IMG/VR virus record: IMGVR_UViG_2778261295_000004
Source: a virus
Lineage: Duplodnaviria > Heunggongvirae > Uroviricota > Caudoviricetes
Strand: one strand, 5' to 3'
DNA length: 33,277 nucleotides
Under the pieces are notes generated by a model. That model saw only the letters and a list, made by a program, of their open reading frames with translations, was not told the DNA's origin and ran no database searches. A program made the translations under genes and the position numbers. Below are positions 1 to 10,134 of the stretch, one piece after another; within the stretch, counting starts at the first letter, position 1; every line of letters begins with the position of its first letter.

Positions 1-258
1 ATGCAAACCGTTATTTTTGGTCGTTCGGGTTGCCCTTACTGTGTGCGTGCAAAAGATCTGGCTGAGAAATTGAGCAATGAACGCGATGATTTTCAGTATC
101 AGTATGTAGATATTCGTGCGGAAGGGATCACTAAAGAAGATCTACAACAAAAGGCAGGTAAACCCGTAGAAACCGTGCCGCAGATTTTTGTCGATCAGCA
201 ACATATCGGCGGCTATACCGATTTTGCTGCATGGGTGAAAGAAAATCTGGACGCCTGA
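1..258 (+). CDS. grxA: Glutaredoxin 1
   Basis: 85-aa ORF starting at ATG at position 1 with the CPYC redox motif; sequence matches my recollection of E. coli GrxA. Confidence 0.9.
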   Translation: MQTVIFGRSGCPYCVRAKDLAEKLSNERDDFQYQYVDIRAEGITKEDLQQKAGKPVETVPQIFVDQQHIGGYTDFAAWVKENLDA

Positions 259-267
259 TCGTCTGAC

Positions 268-300
268 AAGCCCTCGCGTTGAGGGCTTTACTGATTTTTT
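268..300. terminator. Probable bidirectional intrinsic terminator between convergent grxA and ybjM
   Basis: Inverted repeat agccctc / gagggct with a 5-nt loop followed by a T-run (ctgatttttt); overlaps the ybjM stop codon. Confidence 0.5.
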
Positions 301-665
301 CTGTGCTGTGGTTTAAACAAACTACTGATAAATAAGAAACACAGTGCCCCCAGCGCACACCAGAACACCGCGCTTAGTAACCATGCCAGCTCTTGCCAGA
401 ATGAGCGCGTCGGTGAAAAAAACAGCCGCATAATGAGCATTGAACAGGGTGCCGCCAGCATTGCGCCAAATAGAGGTTTCAGGACTTCTCTACGCTGTGA
501 AAAGAAACTGGCAACTGCTCCAGGAAGAATGAAAAATAGCAAGCCGATTTCAGGATGCCCGGCAGCCCGAAAAGCGCCTTTCATGTGCGTCGCCAGAAAA
601 AGGCACACCACAATGAAGAGGACAAAACAGCAGATTGCCCCCGCCCAACGTTGTTTATGTTTCAC
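288..665 (-). CDS. ybjM: Inner membrane protein YbjM
   Basis: 125-aa strongly hydrophobic ORF, GTG start, in the conserved position between grxA and ybjL. Confidence 0.7.
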   Translation of the reverse strand: MKHKQRWAGAICCFVLFIVVCLFLATHMKGAFRAAGHPEIGLLFFILPGAVASFFSQRREVLKPLFGAMLAAPCSMLIMRLFFSPTRSFWQELAWLLSAVFWCALGALCFLFISSLFKPQHRKNQ

Positions 666-934
666 TCGTTCCTCCTGACACTGCGTCTATCGAACACATT
701 TTTCGCCAGTGTGGCGTTCAGTAAGATAAAGCCGCTTCGCATTCCATGCTAATATAGGCCAACGCAATTCATATAGCCGTTGATACCTAATGTGATTACA
801 CTAGTAAAATATATTGTTACTTTACTATCGTTTAGGTGCGCTGAATGAATCTGCGCCCTGAATTCTGGTAAAAAACATTATCGTAAATTACCATTTCTTT
901 CAACAGCTTACTAGTAAACAAGAAGTTAGCCTCC

Positions 935-2620
935 GTGAATATAAACGTCGCCGAATTGTTAAATGGGAATTACATTCTGTTATTATTTGTGGTCCTCGCG
1001 CTTGGGCTATGTCTCGGAAAGTTACGACTTGGTTCGATCCAACTGGGTAATTCCATTGGCGTTTTAGTCGTATCGCTGTTATTAGGCCAACAACATTTCA
1101 GCATTAACACCGATGCGCTTAATCTTGGCTTTATGCTGTTTATTTTCTGCGTCGGGGTCGAAGCCGGACCGAACTTTTTTTCCATTTTTTTTCGCGATGG
1201 GAAAAATTACCTAATGTTAGCACTGGTGATGGTTGGCAGTGCGCTGGTGATCGCCTTAGGGTTAGGTAAGCTGTTTGGCTGGGATATTGGCCTGACGGCC
1301 GGTATGTTAGCAGGCTCTATGACGTCGACACCGGTTCTGGTCGGTGCTGGCGATACACTGCGTCATTTCGGCATGGAAAGCAGGCAGCTCTCACTGGCAC
1401 TGGATAATCTGAGCCTCGGGTATGCCTTAACCTATTTAATCGGTCTGGTGAGTTTGATTGTTGGTGCGCGTTACTTGCCGAAATTGCAGCATCAGGACTT
1501 ACAGACCAGCGCCCAGCAAATCGCCCGCGAACGTGGCCTGGACACTGATGCCAACCGTAAGGTTTATTTACCGGTGATCCGCGCCTATCGCGTCGGCCCG
1601 GAGCTGGTGGCCTGGACCGACGGCAAAAATCTGCGTGAACTGGGTATTTATCGACAAACCGGCTGCTACATTGAACGTATTCGACGTAACGGGATTCTGG
1701 CAAATCCAGACGGTGATGCCGTGCTACAAATGGGCGATGAAATAGCGTTGGTAGGCTATCCCGACGCCCATGCCCGACTCGATCCCAGCTTCCGTAACGG
1801 TAAAGAAGTTTTCGATCGTGACCTTCTCGACATGCGTATCGTCACTGAAGAAGTGGTCGTTAAAAACCATAACGCTGTAGGTAAACGTCTCGCACAACTG
1901 AAGTTGACCGATCACGGTTGCTTCCTTAACCGCGTCATTCGTAGCCAGATTGAGATGCCGATAGATGACAACGTCGTGCTTAACAAAGGTGACGTTTTAC
2001 AAGTCAGCGGTGATGCCCGTCGCGTAAAAACCATCGCCGATCGCATCGGCTTTATCTCGATTCACAGCCAGGTCACTGACCTGCTGGCATTTTGCGCCTT
2101 CTTTGTTATTGGGCTGATGATCGGGATGATCACCTTCCAGTTCAGCACATTCAGTTTCGGCATGGGGAACGCTGCCGGGTTGTTATTCGCCGGAATTATG
2201 CTGGGCTTTATGCGTGCTAACCACCCGACCTTCGGTTACATTCCGCAAGGTGCATTAAGCATGGTGAAAGAGTTCGGCTTGATGGTGTTTATGGCAGGCG
2301 TTGGTCTGAGCGCCGGTAGCGGTATTAATAACGGCCTGGGCGCGATTGGCGGTCAGATGTTGATTGCCGGATTAATTGTCAGTCTTGTGCCCGTGGTTAT
2401 CTGTTTCTTGTTCGGTGCTTATGTATTGCGAATGAACCGCGCACTGTTGTTCGGCGCAATGATGGGCGCACGCACCTGCGCGCCGGCAATGGAGATCATC
2501 AGTGATACAGCTCGCAGTAACATCCCTGCGCTGGGCTATGCGGGCACCTACGCAATCGCCAACGTCCTGCTGACGCTGGCAGGGACAATCATCGTCATGG
2601 TATGGCCAGGATTAGGATAA
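935..2620 (+). CDS. ybjL: Putative transporter YbjL (YidE/YbjL-type membrane transporter)
   Basis: 561-aa ORF (GTG start) with hydrophobic N- and C-terminal membrane halves around a soluble central segment; matches my recollection of E. coli YbjL. Confidence 0.85.
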   Translation: MNINVAELLNGNYILLLFVVLALGLCLGKLRLGSIQLGNSIGVLVVSLLLGQQHFSINTDALNLGFMLFIFCVGVEAGPNFFSIFFRDGKNYLMLALVMVGSALVIALGLGKLFGWDIGLTAGMLAGSMTSTPVLVGAGDTLRHFGMESRQLSLALDNLSLGYALTYLIGLVSLIVGARYLPKLQHQDLQTSAQQIARERGLDTDANRKVYLPVIRAYRVGPELVAWTDGKNLRELGIYRQTGCYIERIRRNGILANPDGDAVLQMGDEIALVGYPDAHARLDPSFRNGKEVFDRDLLDMRIVTEEVVVKNHNAVGKRLAQLKLTDHGCFLNRVIRSQIEMPIDDNVVLNKGDVLQVSGDARRVKTIADRIGFISIHSQVTDLLAFCAFFVIGLMIGMITFQFSTFSFGMGNAAGLLFAGIMLGFMRANHPTFGYIPQGALSMVKEFGLMVFMAGVGLSAGSGINNGLGAIGGQMLIAGLIVSLVPVVICFLFGAYVLRMNRALLFGAMMGARTCAPAMEIISDTARSNIPALGYAGTYAIANVLLTLAGTIIVMVWPGLG

Positions 2621-2732
2621 AACTGAAGTTGCCCTGAAAATGAAATTTTTTTGCACAACCGCAGAACTTTTCCGCAGGGCATCAGTCTTAATTAGTGCCA
2701 CTGCTTTTCTTTGATGTCCCCATTTTGTGGAG

Positions 2733-2776
2733 CCCATCAACCCCGCCATTTCGGTTCAAGGTTGATGGGTTTTTTG
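2733..2776 (+). terminator. Intrinsic terminator-like hairpin downstream of ybjL
   Basis: cccatcaacc ... ggttgatggg inverted repeat followed by tttttt. Lies in the host/prophage junction interval 2621-2855 where attR is expected. Confidence 0.45.
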
Positions 2777-2855
2777 TTGCCTGAAATTTATACCCTTTAA
2801 AATCATGATGTTAGAAGCACTGCTTTTTAACGATGGCGACAAAATGGCGGCAGCG

Positions 2856-3074
2856 TCAAAGAGAGAGCGCCACCTGTCCTGATTTCATTGGATGCGGCTG
2901 AACCGGATTTGACTCTTTTGGCGTTGCAATCGAACGAACAAAAGTTTCATGGGTAACAAAAGTATGGCTGCAGTTAATGTTCTGGCACTGGTTGTAACGC
3001 TCTTTGGTCAATGAAGATACCTGAAAACTGCTGCGAGTATGGGCGGCACTTCCACACAGTGGGCAAATCATCAT
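2856..3074 (-). CDS. ogr: Late gene transcriptional activator Ogr (zinc finger)
   Basis: Small protein with CPLC ... CQNINC zinc-finger spacing resembling P2 Ogr; immediately downstream of D. Start refined to an internal ATG with an upstream GGAG (table ORF extends to 3107). Confidence 0.85.
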   Translation of the reverse strand: MMICPLCGSAAHTRSSFQVSSLTKERYNQCQNINCSHTFVTHETFVRSIATPKESNPVQPHPMKSGQVALSL

Positions 3075-3164
3075 TTTTCGAGTTCTCCCCATTTTTGCTA
3101 AATTCACAATAATGATACCGTATTATTCCATTTTGCAAACTTAAAAGTTCTCCATTGCGAAGAA

Positions 3165-4265
3165 TCATTCCATTTCGAAATCATCAATCCTCACTTCAAG
3201 CTCCAGACTGGTCGTAAAACCGTTATCCGGGCTGACGGTATGTGTCAGAGTCGTAATGGTCCATTCCGCATCATCTATCGGCTGTTTAAAACCACTGACT
3301 TTCACTGGCATTTCCGTGTAGAGATCCGCCCGCCCTTCTGCCAGTTGTAATGAGAATGACGCAACACCGCGTTGCAGGCGTTCCCACTGCATTTTCGCCG
3401 CTCGTTCGGCGTTGCTCCGGTTGGCATAAGTGCGATTAAGTACCAGCACGTTTTCATCCGTACCCACCAGGTAATCGCCCTGCTTCGCTTCCGGCTCTTT
3501 CTTCTGCTTCTTGGCCCTGCGCTTACGCTTCACTGTAGTGCTTTCTTTCTTCGTGGGTTCGCGGGTATGCAACCAGCTGGCAATTACGCCCGTGTAAGCT
3601 CCGCGATCCGCCAGGGTAAAGCGGTGACTGTCGCCGTCCTTACGTGTGATAGTGATCACCGACAGTGGTTTACCGCTGGCACTTTTACCCTGTCCCTGCC
3701 GGATGAATAACAGATTGCCATTTTTCACCGACGCAATAGCACCGTACTGGCGCGCCAGCCGCATCAGAAAACTACCGTCACTCTCATTAGTCTGGTCTAT
3801 ATGCTCCACGGGCTTATCCGACAGGTCTTTACCCAGTGCCATCTTCAGCTTGTGACGTGCGGCTATTTCCTTCACCACTTCCCCGACAGTGGTCTTGTGC
3901 CACGATTTTTCACGGCGGGTATTCAGCGTTTCCCTAAAATCAGCACTTCGCGCCCGGATAGTCAGGCGATCCGGTGCGCCAGTGTGTTCAATCTCGTCCA
4001 CCGTGAATGCCCCTTTCGGGAAAAGCGGCTGCCCTTTCCAGCCCAGCGCCAGCGTAATAACCGCACCACGGCGCGGCAGCACGATTTTTCCGTCGGCGTC
4101 GTCCAGCTCCAGATCAAGCTGGTCCGCTTCAAATCCCCGGTTATCCGTCAACGTCAGCCCCATCAGGCGGTTGTCCAGCACAGTGGTAATATCCCTGCCT
4201 TCAATACTGATGCTGAATGCCGGAGTTTTGTTGCCTTTGTTAACCAGTTCAGAGCTGAAATTCAC
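3165..4265 (-). CDS. D: Tail protein D (late control gene D)
   Basis: 366-aa ORF in the D position after U; GTG start overlaps the U stop (GTGA). Confidence 0.9.
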   Translation of the reverse strand: MNFSSELVNKGNKTPAFSISIEGRDITTVLDNRLMGLTLTDNRGFEADQLDLELDDADGKIVLPRRGAVITLALGWKGQPLFPKGAFTVDEIEHTGAPDRLTIRARSADFRETLNTRREKSWHKTTVGEVVKEIAARHKLKMALGKDLSDKPVEHIDQTNESDGSFLMRLARQYGAIASVKNGNLLFIRQGQGKSASGKPLSVITITRKDGDSHRFTLADRGAYTGVIASWLHTREPTKKESTTVKRKRRAKKQKKEPEAKQGDYLVGTDENVLVLNRTYANRSNAERAAKMQWERLQRGVASFSLQLAEGRADLYTEMPVKVSGFKQPIDDAEWTITTLTHTVSPDNGFTTSLELEVRIDDFEME

Positions 4266-4747
4266 GACAGAAGCCCTCCCACCGTTTTACTGATATCGCT
4301 TAAGGCAGATGTTGCCGTTCCCTGCAGATTACTCAGCTGCGCACTGAGATCACCGAACATATCGGACAGGGACTCATCCACCCGTTTGAGCGACAGGGTG
4401 AACTCAATCCGGCGCGGCATACCGTCGCGGAAAAACTCCGTTTTAGTCTGATTCAGTCCCTCAATCACATACATGCCGTAAATCGTGCCGCTGCCTTCAA
4501 TCAGAGGCCATGCTTTCCCCTGTTCTGCCATCTGCTCAAGTGCCAGCAACGACAGCCTGCCGCCTGTTATCTCCGGCATAAGAACACCGGAAAGCGTCAG
4601 CATGTCGTTGTCCGGTCCCAGAAACTGCGTGGACGGACGACGATTTACCCGGCTGTTAGCCGCATGTCGCCAGCTGCGCTGATACTGCAGTTCCTGATAC
4701 GGCACGGTGCGCAGCATAAACACGTACAATCCCAGCACCATCATCAT
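4262..4747 (-). CDS. U: Tail protein U
   Basis: 161-aa ORF; ATGA start/stop overlap with T; position between T and D. Confidence 0.9.
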   Translation of the reverse strand: MMMVLGLYVFMLRTVPYQELQYQRSWRHAANSRVNRRPSTQFLGPDNDMLTLSGVLMPEITGGRLSLLALEQMAEQGKAWPLIEGSGTIYGMYVIEGLNQTKTEFFRDGMPRRIEFTLSLKRVDESLSDMFGDLSAQLSNLQGTATSALSDISKTVGGLLS

Positions 4748-7700
4748 GCGTCGTATCCCCCCTGATCGCTGTAGTTACTCCTGGCTTTTGCCTTCAGCCT
4801 GCGTTCACGTTCATCAAGCTGGCGGGCCACCTCCCGCGCAATATCCTGCGCACTTTGTCCTGGCTGTGTCTGGATGATGATCTGCGTCGGTGCCTCAATC
4901 CTGTAAACGGGCGGCACAGTGGCTGCACGACTCACAATTGCTTCTCCACCTTTCGCGGGAAGTGCCAAAGGGTGCAACGGTGGAAGCTCTGCTGGCGCGG
5001 CAGCAACGCCCATCATTCCGGCAACAACGGCAGCCAGTGCAGCTGTATTTCTCCGGCTGATCACATTTGCCGGGCCGTTAACAATTTCCGGCCCGTTTTC
5101 ACCGACGATGCCAAACTGCCCGCGCGGGATATACCCGCCGCTGTCATACATCCCCGCAAAGCCATATCCCCATGACGGGAAACCACCCGATGGCATCATC
5201 ACTTTACCGTCTGCATTCACCGTCGCAGGTTGCTGACGCGTCACGCTTTCCGGCAGTTTTGCCTTTGCGGCCTCTTTACTGACAATGCCGAGCTTCTCCA
5301 GCAACCAAGAAACGCCGGATTTCAGGGAGTCCAGCGGATGCATGACCATATTCAGCCCTTCCGCCAGTGCCTCTCCGAATCGCCGCCCCATTGCCGCTGC
5401 ACTCTGCAGTTCGGCAGAGGTCGACTTAACGGGCGTCAGCAGATCAGTAAACCAGCCCCACAGCGCCTGTACTTTGTCGCCAATCCACTGGAACACGGGC
5501 TTAAGCGGTTTGAATGCTGCACTGACGGGACCTGCCGCCGCTTTGAATCCTTCCACCACGCCACCAAGAAATGCGGTGATGGGTTGCCAGTATTTCCAGA
5601 CAACCAGCGCCAAGCCCGCCAGTGCAGTAACCACAAGACCTATCGGACTGAGCAGAGCACCTAACAGACCAGATATGGCATACAGGGCAACGCGCAGCAT
5701 CGCCAGTGGACCAGATGCCAGTACTCGCAGCACCGTGCCTGCGGCGGCCAGTCCACCGCGCAGTACCGCCAGAGGATTCATAAACATCACAGCAACAGCA
5801 CGTAAACCGGATAATCCAGACCGCAAAAGTGCAACCGGCGCACCTGCTACAGTTTTCAGGACATTTCCCGTCAGTGATGCCGTGCGGCGCAAAGACGACA
5901 ACGGCGCAGTAAGTAAACCTGCGGCGTTGCCCGATGAAGCAAGCCCGCGTCGCAGCAGTGCCAGTGGTGCGCCAGCCAGCCAGGACAACGCGCTGCTGGT
6001 TCGAGTTACTGCTGCCGTAACGGAAGGTAACGTTTTGATACCCAGCACAGATAATCCCAGACGGATCACTGCCAGCAGCCCCAGCACTGCAGCCAGCGCC
6101 ACCGCTAAGGTGCCGAGGCCTACGGTAACCGCAGCCACCACAGCGGCTACTTTCATCAGTGTGCCTGTCAGTTCCGGGTTAGCTTCCACCCAGCGGCGCA
6201 ACGCCCCCGTGATGCTTTTCACCGTGTACAGAATATCCATCAGCGGCTGGCGCAGCGTTTCGCCCAGGCTGCTGAAGGTGTTCTGCGCTCCGGTTTTGAC
6301 CAGCAACCACTGAGCAGAAAGTGAGTCTTTGTTGATGTCGGATTCTTTCTGCATGGAACCGAGCGCATCATTGCCCGCAGTCAGTTTTAGCTGGCGCTGC
6401 AGTTCCGGCAGGTTGTTTGCCAGTTTCGCCGCGTCATCGCCAAACTCTTTACCAAACAACATGGTCATGGCAGACAGGCGCTTATCCTGCGGCAGTGCGT
6501 TCACCTTCTCCAGCACACGCTGGATAGTTCCCATCGCATCCTTCGTCATCTGCTTTTCAATCACTTCAGGATTGAGCTTCAGCAGATTCATTCCTTCAAA
6601 GAAACTCTTGCTTTGCATGGTGGCAATGGACAATTCACGCACCATCGCGTTTGCTGCACTGGCTGCAACCTCTGGCGCAGCACCCAGTGTCAGGAAGGTG
6701 GAACCCAGCGCCGCCGCTTTACGATAATCCAGACGGTCAGCCACACCGCCCAGGCGTTGCATGACATCAATGATGTCCGCCCCTTTCGACATGGCGTTAT
6801 CATCCAGATAGTTCAGCGCATCACCGAGCTGTTCAATATTGCGGGTAGGTATTTTGTAGAGCTGGGCGATTTTCCCCAGACTTTCTGACAGTTCATCCGC
6901 TGGCAGCTCAAAGGCTGTTGCCGCCTTTGCCGCCGTGCTGGCGAAGGCCAGCAGGTCACGTTTCTGGTCTTCCCAGCTGTCGTCAGGGTTTGCGACGTTC
7001 ATGCGCGCCCCACCTTCAACCAGTGCGGCGAAGTCCACAGCACCGTTTTCCATCGGCAACTGTTCGCTGGCAGCCTTGATGGCATCCTGCATTTCATAAA
7101 AACGCGCAGTGCGATTGCCATTATCGCCACGCAGACCATTGACCTGCTTTGCCACACCTTTCATGGCATCTTCCATGCTGGTATAGCTTTTTACTGCCGC
7201 CATCACTGGTGCGCCCATTGCCAGCCCTGCAGCCGTGGTGGTGGCTCCGGCACCTGCAATCCGATCCCTTACTTCAAGACGCCTGGCGTAAGCCCCCCGG
7301 GCGGCGTGCATTTTTCGCTGTTGCTCCCCGACACGTCGTAACCTCGCTTCCTGCTCAGAAAGCTGCCTGTTATAACGCATCGTTTCACGGGTAATGCGGG
7401 CCGTCGCACTGGCGCCATCATTAGCTGAAATACCAGCACGATAAAGTTCTGCACGCACAAGCGCCGTCTGCTGCTGCAGCTTTTTCTGGCGTTCTTCCAG
7501 GCGCTGAACAGCCAGCCGTTGACGGCCCAGAGCAACAACCTGACGTTGCGAAGGCGGCCCCATCGCTCCCAGTTCCTGACTGAGCAAATTTGCACGCTGG
7601 CGGGCATAGTTCAGCCTGTCGCCTAATTTCTGATTTTCTGCCTGCAGCTTTCGGAAGCTGTCCAGACTGCTCCCGGCCTGATCAAGCTGCTTTATTGCAT

Positions 7701-7821
7701 CGCGGGATTTTTTGACAGCAGCAGCCAGTTCTCTTGAACTGGCCTGCGCAGATCGAAATGGGCGGGTGAGCTTGTCAACCGCATTAAGAATGACCTGCAG
7801 ACGCAGGTTGTTATCACTCAT
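4744..7821 (-). CDS. T: Tail tape measure protein T
   Basis: 1025-aa ORF with N-terminal coiled-coil-like region and Ala/Gly/Leu-rich hydrophobic repeats, located after E/E'. Confidence 0.9.
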   Translation of the reverse strand: MSDNNLRLQVILNAVDKLTRPFRSAQASSRELAAAVKKSRDAIKQLDQAGSSLDSFRKLQAENQKLGDRLNYARQRANLLSQELGAMGPPSQRQVVALGRQRLAVQRLEERQKKLQQQTALVRAELYRAGISANDGASATARITRETMRYNRQLSEQEARLRRVGEQQRKMHAARGAYARRLEVRDRIAGAGATTTAAGLAMGAPVMAAVKSYTSMEDAMKGVAKQVNGLRGDNGNRTARFYEMQDAIKAASEQLPMENGAVDFAALVEGGARMNVANPDDSWEDQKRDLLAFASTAAKAATAFELPADELSESLGKIAQLYKIPTRNIEQLGDALNYLDDNAMSKGADIIDVMQRLGGVADRLDYRKAAALGSTFLTLGAAPEVAASAANAMVRELSIATMQSKSFFEGMNLLKLNPEVIEKQMTKDAMGTIQRVLEKVNALPQDKRLSAMTMLFGKEFGDDAAKLANNLPELQRQLKLTAGNDALGSMQKESDINKDSLSAQWLLVKTGAQNTFSSLGETLRQPLMDILYTVKSITGALRRWVEANPELTGTLMKVAAVVAAVTVGLGTLAVALAAVLGLLAVIRLGLSVLGIKTLPSVTAAVTRTSSALSWLAGAPLALLRRGLASSGNAAGLLTAPLSSLRRTASLTGNVLKTVAGAPVALLRSGLSGLRAVAVMFMNPLAVLRGGLAAAGTVLRVLASGPLAMLRVALYAISGLLGALLSPIGLVVTALAGLALVVWKYWQPITAFLGGVVEGFKAAAGPVSAAFKPLKPVFQWIGDKVQALWGWFTDLLTPVKSTSAELQSAAAMGRRFGEALAEGLNMVMHPLDSLKSGVSWLLEKLGIVSKEAAKAKLPESVTRQQPATVNADGKVMMPSGGFPSWGYGFAGMYDSGGYIPRGQFGIVGENGPEIVNGPANVISRRNTAALAAVVAGMMGVAAAPAELPPLHPLALPAKGGEAIVSRAATVPPVYRIEAPTQIIIQTQPGQSAQDIAREVARQLDERERRLKAKARSNYSDQGGYDA

Positions 7822-8250
7822 CGTTGGCCCCGCTTCTCTGAATCGCTTTATACCGCCATTCCAGCACTTCGGTCAGCGGCATAACGTCAGTAACGGATGG
7901 CGGCCAGTGAAAAATGGTGGCGATATCTGCCACCAGATCGTCAACCGTCAGGCTGTCGGTAAACCGGCAAGCACCGACTTCTTCAACAAAAAAGTGACAA
8001 CCTCAACCGACATGGCAGTGAGATCTGCCGGGTCCATCTCTGCAATTTCCTGTGCAGTCAGTGCCGGACTGGAGATGCGGGGGATCACGGTCATCATCGC
8101 GTTTACATCCATATCCATAATGGCCTGCAGGCGTGTACCGCGCAGCGCACCGGACTGCGGTTTACGCAGCACAATTTCGGTGATTTCTGTTTTACCGCGC
8201 TTGATGGGGGTATCCAGTTGAATGGTCTTTTCAGTCTGCTTATCGCTCAT
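7814..8250 (-). CDS. Tail assembly chaperone E+E' (predicted programmed -1 frameshift product)
   Basis: Slippery heptamer T-TTT-TTG on the minus strand at 7993..7987 inside gene E. By my hand translation the -1 frame continues about 52 codons past the E stop and ends at a TGA at 7816..7814, overlapping the T start codon. Confidence 0.65.
7948..8250 (-). CDS. E: Tail assembly chaperone E
   Basis: 100-aa ORF between FII and T containing the TTTTTTG slippery site near its 3' end. Confidence 0.85.
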   Translation of the reverse strand: MSDKQTEKTIQLDTPIKRGKTEITEIVLRKPQSGALRGTRLQAIMDMDVNAMMTVIPRISSPALTAQEIAEMDPADLTAMSVEVVTFLLKKSVLAGLPTA

Positions 8251-8304
8251 TTTGCTGTCCTGTCAATTGGGTTCTGGCGCGGTATTCCGCGCCGTTCAGA
8301 TATA

Positions 8305-8820
8305 TCAGAGGCCGAGGGCGTTGCGGTGCGCTTCCATCAGGTCCACACCGTCCACAATTTCCACCATGTTGATAAGGTCCACTTCATAGAGCACCTCACC
8401 ATTGATGGTCAGCTTCGCGTAGCTGTTGGTACTGGTCACTTTGGTGGTGTTGCTTTCGCCCGTCTTCCACTCGCCGGAATCCACTTCTTTGTGACGTCCA
8501 CGCACGACAAGCTCCACGGCCTGCACTTCCCCGGTATCGTCACGCTGAATAGAGCCAGTAAAGCGCAGCTGGATGCCATCCACCGTGGCTTTACCCATCT
8601 GTTTAAACAGCAGCAATTCAGTACCACCAATGGAAAATTCTGTGTCCAGCGCACTGTCATCAAGCCCCAGATCCACATCCACCGCACCCGGCATTCCGCC
8701 GCCGCGATACTTCTCATATTTGCGGGTAAATTTCGGCAGCGTCAGCGACTCAACGATCCCCTGCCAGTTGTTCCCGTCGTTAAACAGGTTCAGGTGTTTT
8801 AATTTGCGTGGTAAAGCCAT
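8305..8820 (-). CDS. FII: Tail tube protein FII
   Basis: 171-aa ORF directly downstream of the sheath gene; P2 order FI-FII-E-T. Confidence 0.9.
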   Translation of the reverse strand: MALPRKLKHLNLFNDGNNWQGIVESLTLPKFTRKYEKYRGGGMPGAVDVDLGLDDSALDTEFSIGGTELLLFKQMGKATVDGIQLRFTGSIQRDDTGEVQAVELVVRGRHKEVDSGEWKTGESNTTKVTSTNSYAKLTINGEVLYEVDLINMVEIVDGVDLMEAHRNALGL

Positions 8821-8829
8821 GTTGTCCCC

Positions 8830-10002
8830 TTACGCGCTGACCTGGCTGGCGAAATTCACCAGGTACTGATCGGTGATGCGCTGACGCAGCATCAGGTTTT
8901 CAAGTGGCGGCACTGGCGTGTAGTCGTAGTCGATGGTGAGTTTTCCGGCTTTCAGCGTGTCTTTGTCGTTCACCGACTCATCCAGCCAGCAATCACCACC
9001 AATGAGATAGCCCTGACTGACCAGGCTGCGCATTTTGGCGCGGATACCTTCGATAATGTCGCGGGCCAGCGACGGGTTAAGCGGTTTATCCACCGCCCAC
9101 ATGTGTGCTTCTGCCATCGTGTCCATCAGCACCTGCGCCGTGCGGGTGTAGTTTTCGAAGGCAAAGAGCGGGTCATCACTCAGGCAGCGGGAACCCCAGA
9201 AGCGGAAACCGTCTTTACGCACAAGCGTGGTGACGTCGTTCTGGTTCAGCAGACCTGCATCGGTTGCCGGGTCCTGCAGATCCCAGAACACATCTGCAGA
9301 AATTCCGGTGACACCGTTCACGCCCACGTTGGACAGGCTTTTGTGCCATCCGGTCTGCTCGTCAATTTTGGCGCGCAGACCAAGCGCACGGGCGGTGGCA
9401 TATGCCGTTGCTTCGGCATTCAGCACCGTGTCCCAGCCAGTAAAGTCAGGCCAGATCAGCATCCCTTCGCGCTGGCTGAAGTTTTCGCGGTAAGTGATCG
9501 CCTCCTGCACTGTCTTGCAGCCATACGCTGACAGGTAAGCAAATCCACGCAGGCTTTGCGCCACGCTCAGCAACTCAGTAGCTACCGCCTTGGTGTCGTG
9601 GCCTGGCACGCCGAGAATGCGCGGTTTAACGCCGAGCTGTGACTGGGCAGATAACAGGGCTTTCATACCTGTTTTTTTACCTTCAGCAGTCACTGCGCCG
9701 ATGATATTGGTCGTGGTTTCGTCTTCCGTTTCACCCTGCGGCACACGCACAACAATGGTCACGGGTTTTGCCTGGTCAGCGATGGCATCCAGCGAACGGG
9801 CCAGAGTACCGGACTCACCCGCTTTACCGCTGGCAGTCAGCACATCAGTGATCAGCACTGGTTTATTAAGAGGAAACATTTTTGCATCGGCATCATCGCC
9901 CGTGCAGACCATACCCACGATGGCGGTGCTCACCGTGGTAATGGATCGGGTGCCTTCGTTGACTTCAACAACGCGCACCCCGTGGTGGTAATCCTGAGCC
10001 AT
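8830..10002 (-). CDS. FI: Contractile tail sheath protein FI
   Basis: 390-aa ORF at the head of the FI-FII-E-T-U-D operon; ATG start. Confidence 0.9.
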   Translation of the reverse strand: MAQDYHHGVRVVEVNEGTRSITTVSTAIVGMVCTGDDADAKMFPLNKPVLITDVLTASGKAGESGTLARSLDAIADQAKPVTIVVRVPQGETEDETTTNIIGAVTAEGKKTGMKALLSAQSQLGVKPRILGVPGHDTKAVATELLSVAQSLRGFAYLSAYGCKTVQEAITYRENFSQREGMLIWPDFTGWDTVLNAEATAYATARALGLRAKIDEQTGWHKSLSNVGVNGVTGISADVFWDLQDPATDAGLLNQNDVTTLVRKDGFRFWGSRCLSDDPLFAFENYTRTAQVLMDTMAEAHMWAVDKPLNPSLARDIIEGIRAKMRSLVSQGYLIGGDCWLDESVNDKDTLKAGKLTIDYDYTPVPPLENLMLRQRITDQYLVNFASQVSA

Positions 10003-10077
10003 AAGGCAGTCTCTCCGGTAGTAGAGGGGGTCTGCCTATGTTCTGGTTGATACGAGCAGGATGCACGTTATGTGGTT

Positions 10078-10095
10078 TGTATGAAAAATGGCACA
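10078..10095. promoter_or_regulatory. TGT-N12-ACA dyad upstream of FI (candidate Ogr-dependent late promoter element)
   Basis: tgt-atgaaaaatggc-aca, centred roughly 85 bp upstream of the FI start codon. The TGT-N12-ACA dyad is the activator element I recall for P2/P4 late promoters. Confidence 0.45.
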
Positions 10096-10134
10096 ACGGC
10101 GGATACAGGAATCCCCGCAGACGCGGGGATGTAT

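Noticed and set aside
433-752. Two plus-strand ORFs (81 and 65 aa) overlapping ybjM
   Set aside because: Antisense to the ybjM membrane protein gene; basic low-complexity translations.
3372-4451. Several plus-strand ORFs (112 to 216 aa) overlapping genes D and U
   Set aside because: Antisense shadows of the D and U coding sequences; no independent support.
5285-6313. 342-aa plus-strand ORF, together with the other plus-strand ORFs across 4855-7394, lying inside tape measure gene T
   Set aside because: They are antisense shadows within a long GC-rich gene; the translations are low-complexity (Ala/Ser/Pro/Arg-rich) and have no start context. The minus-strand T gene explains the region.
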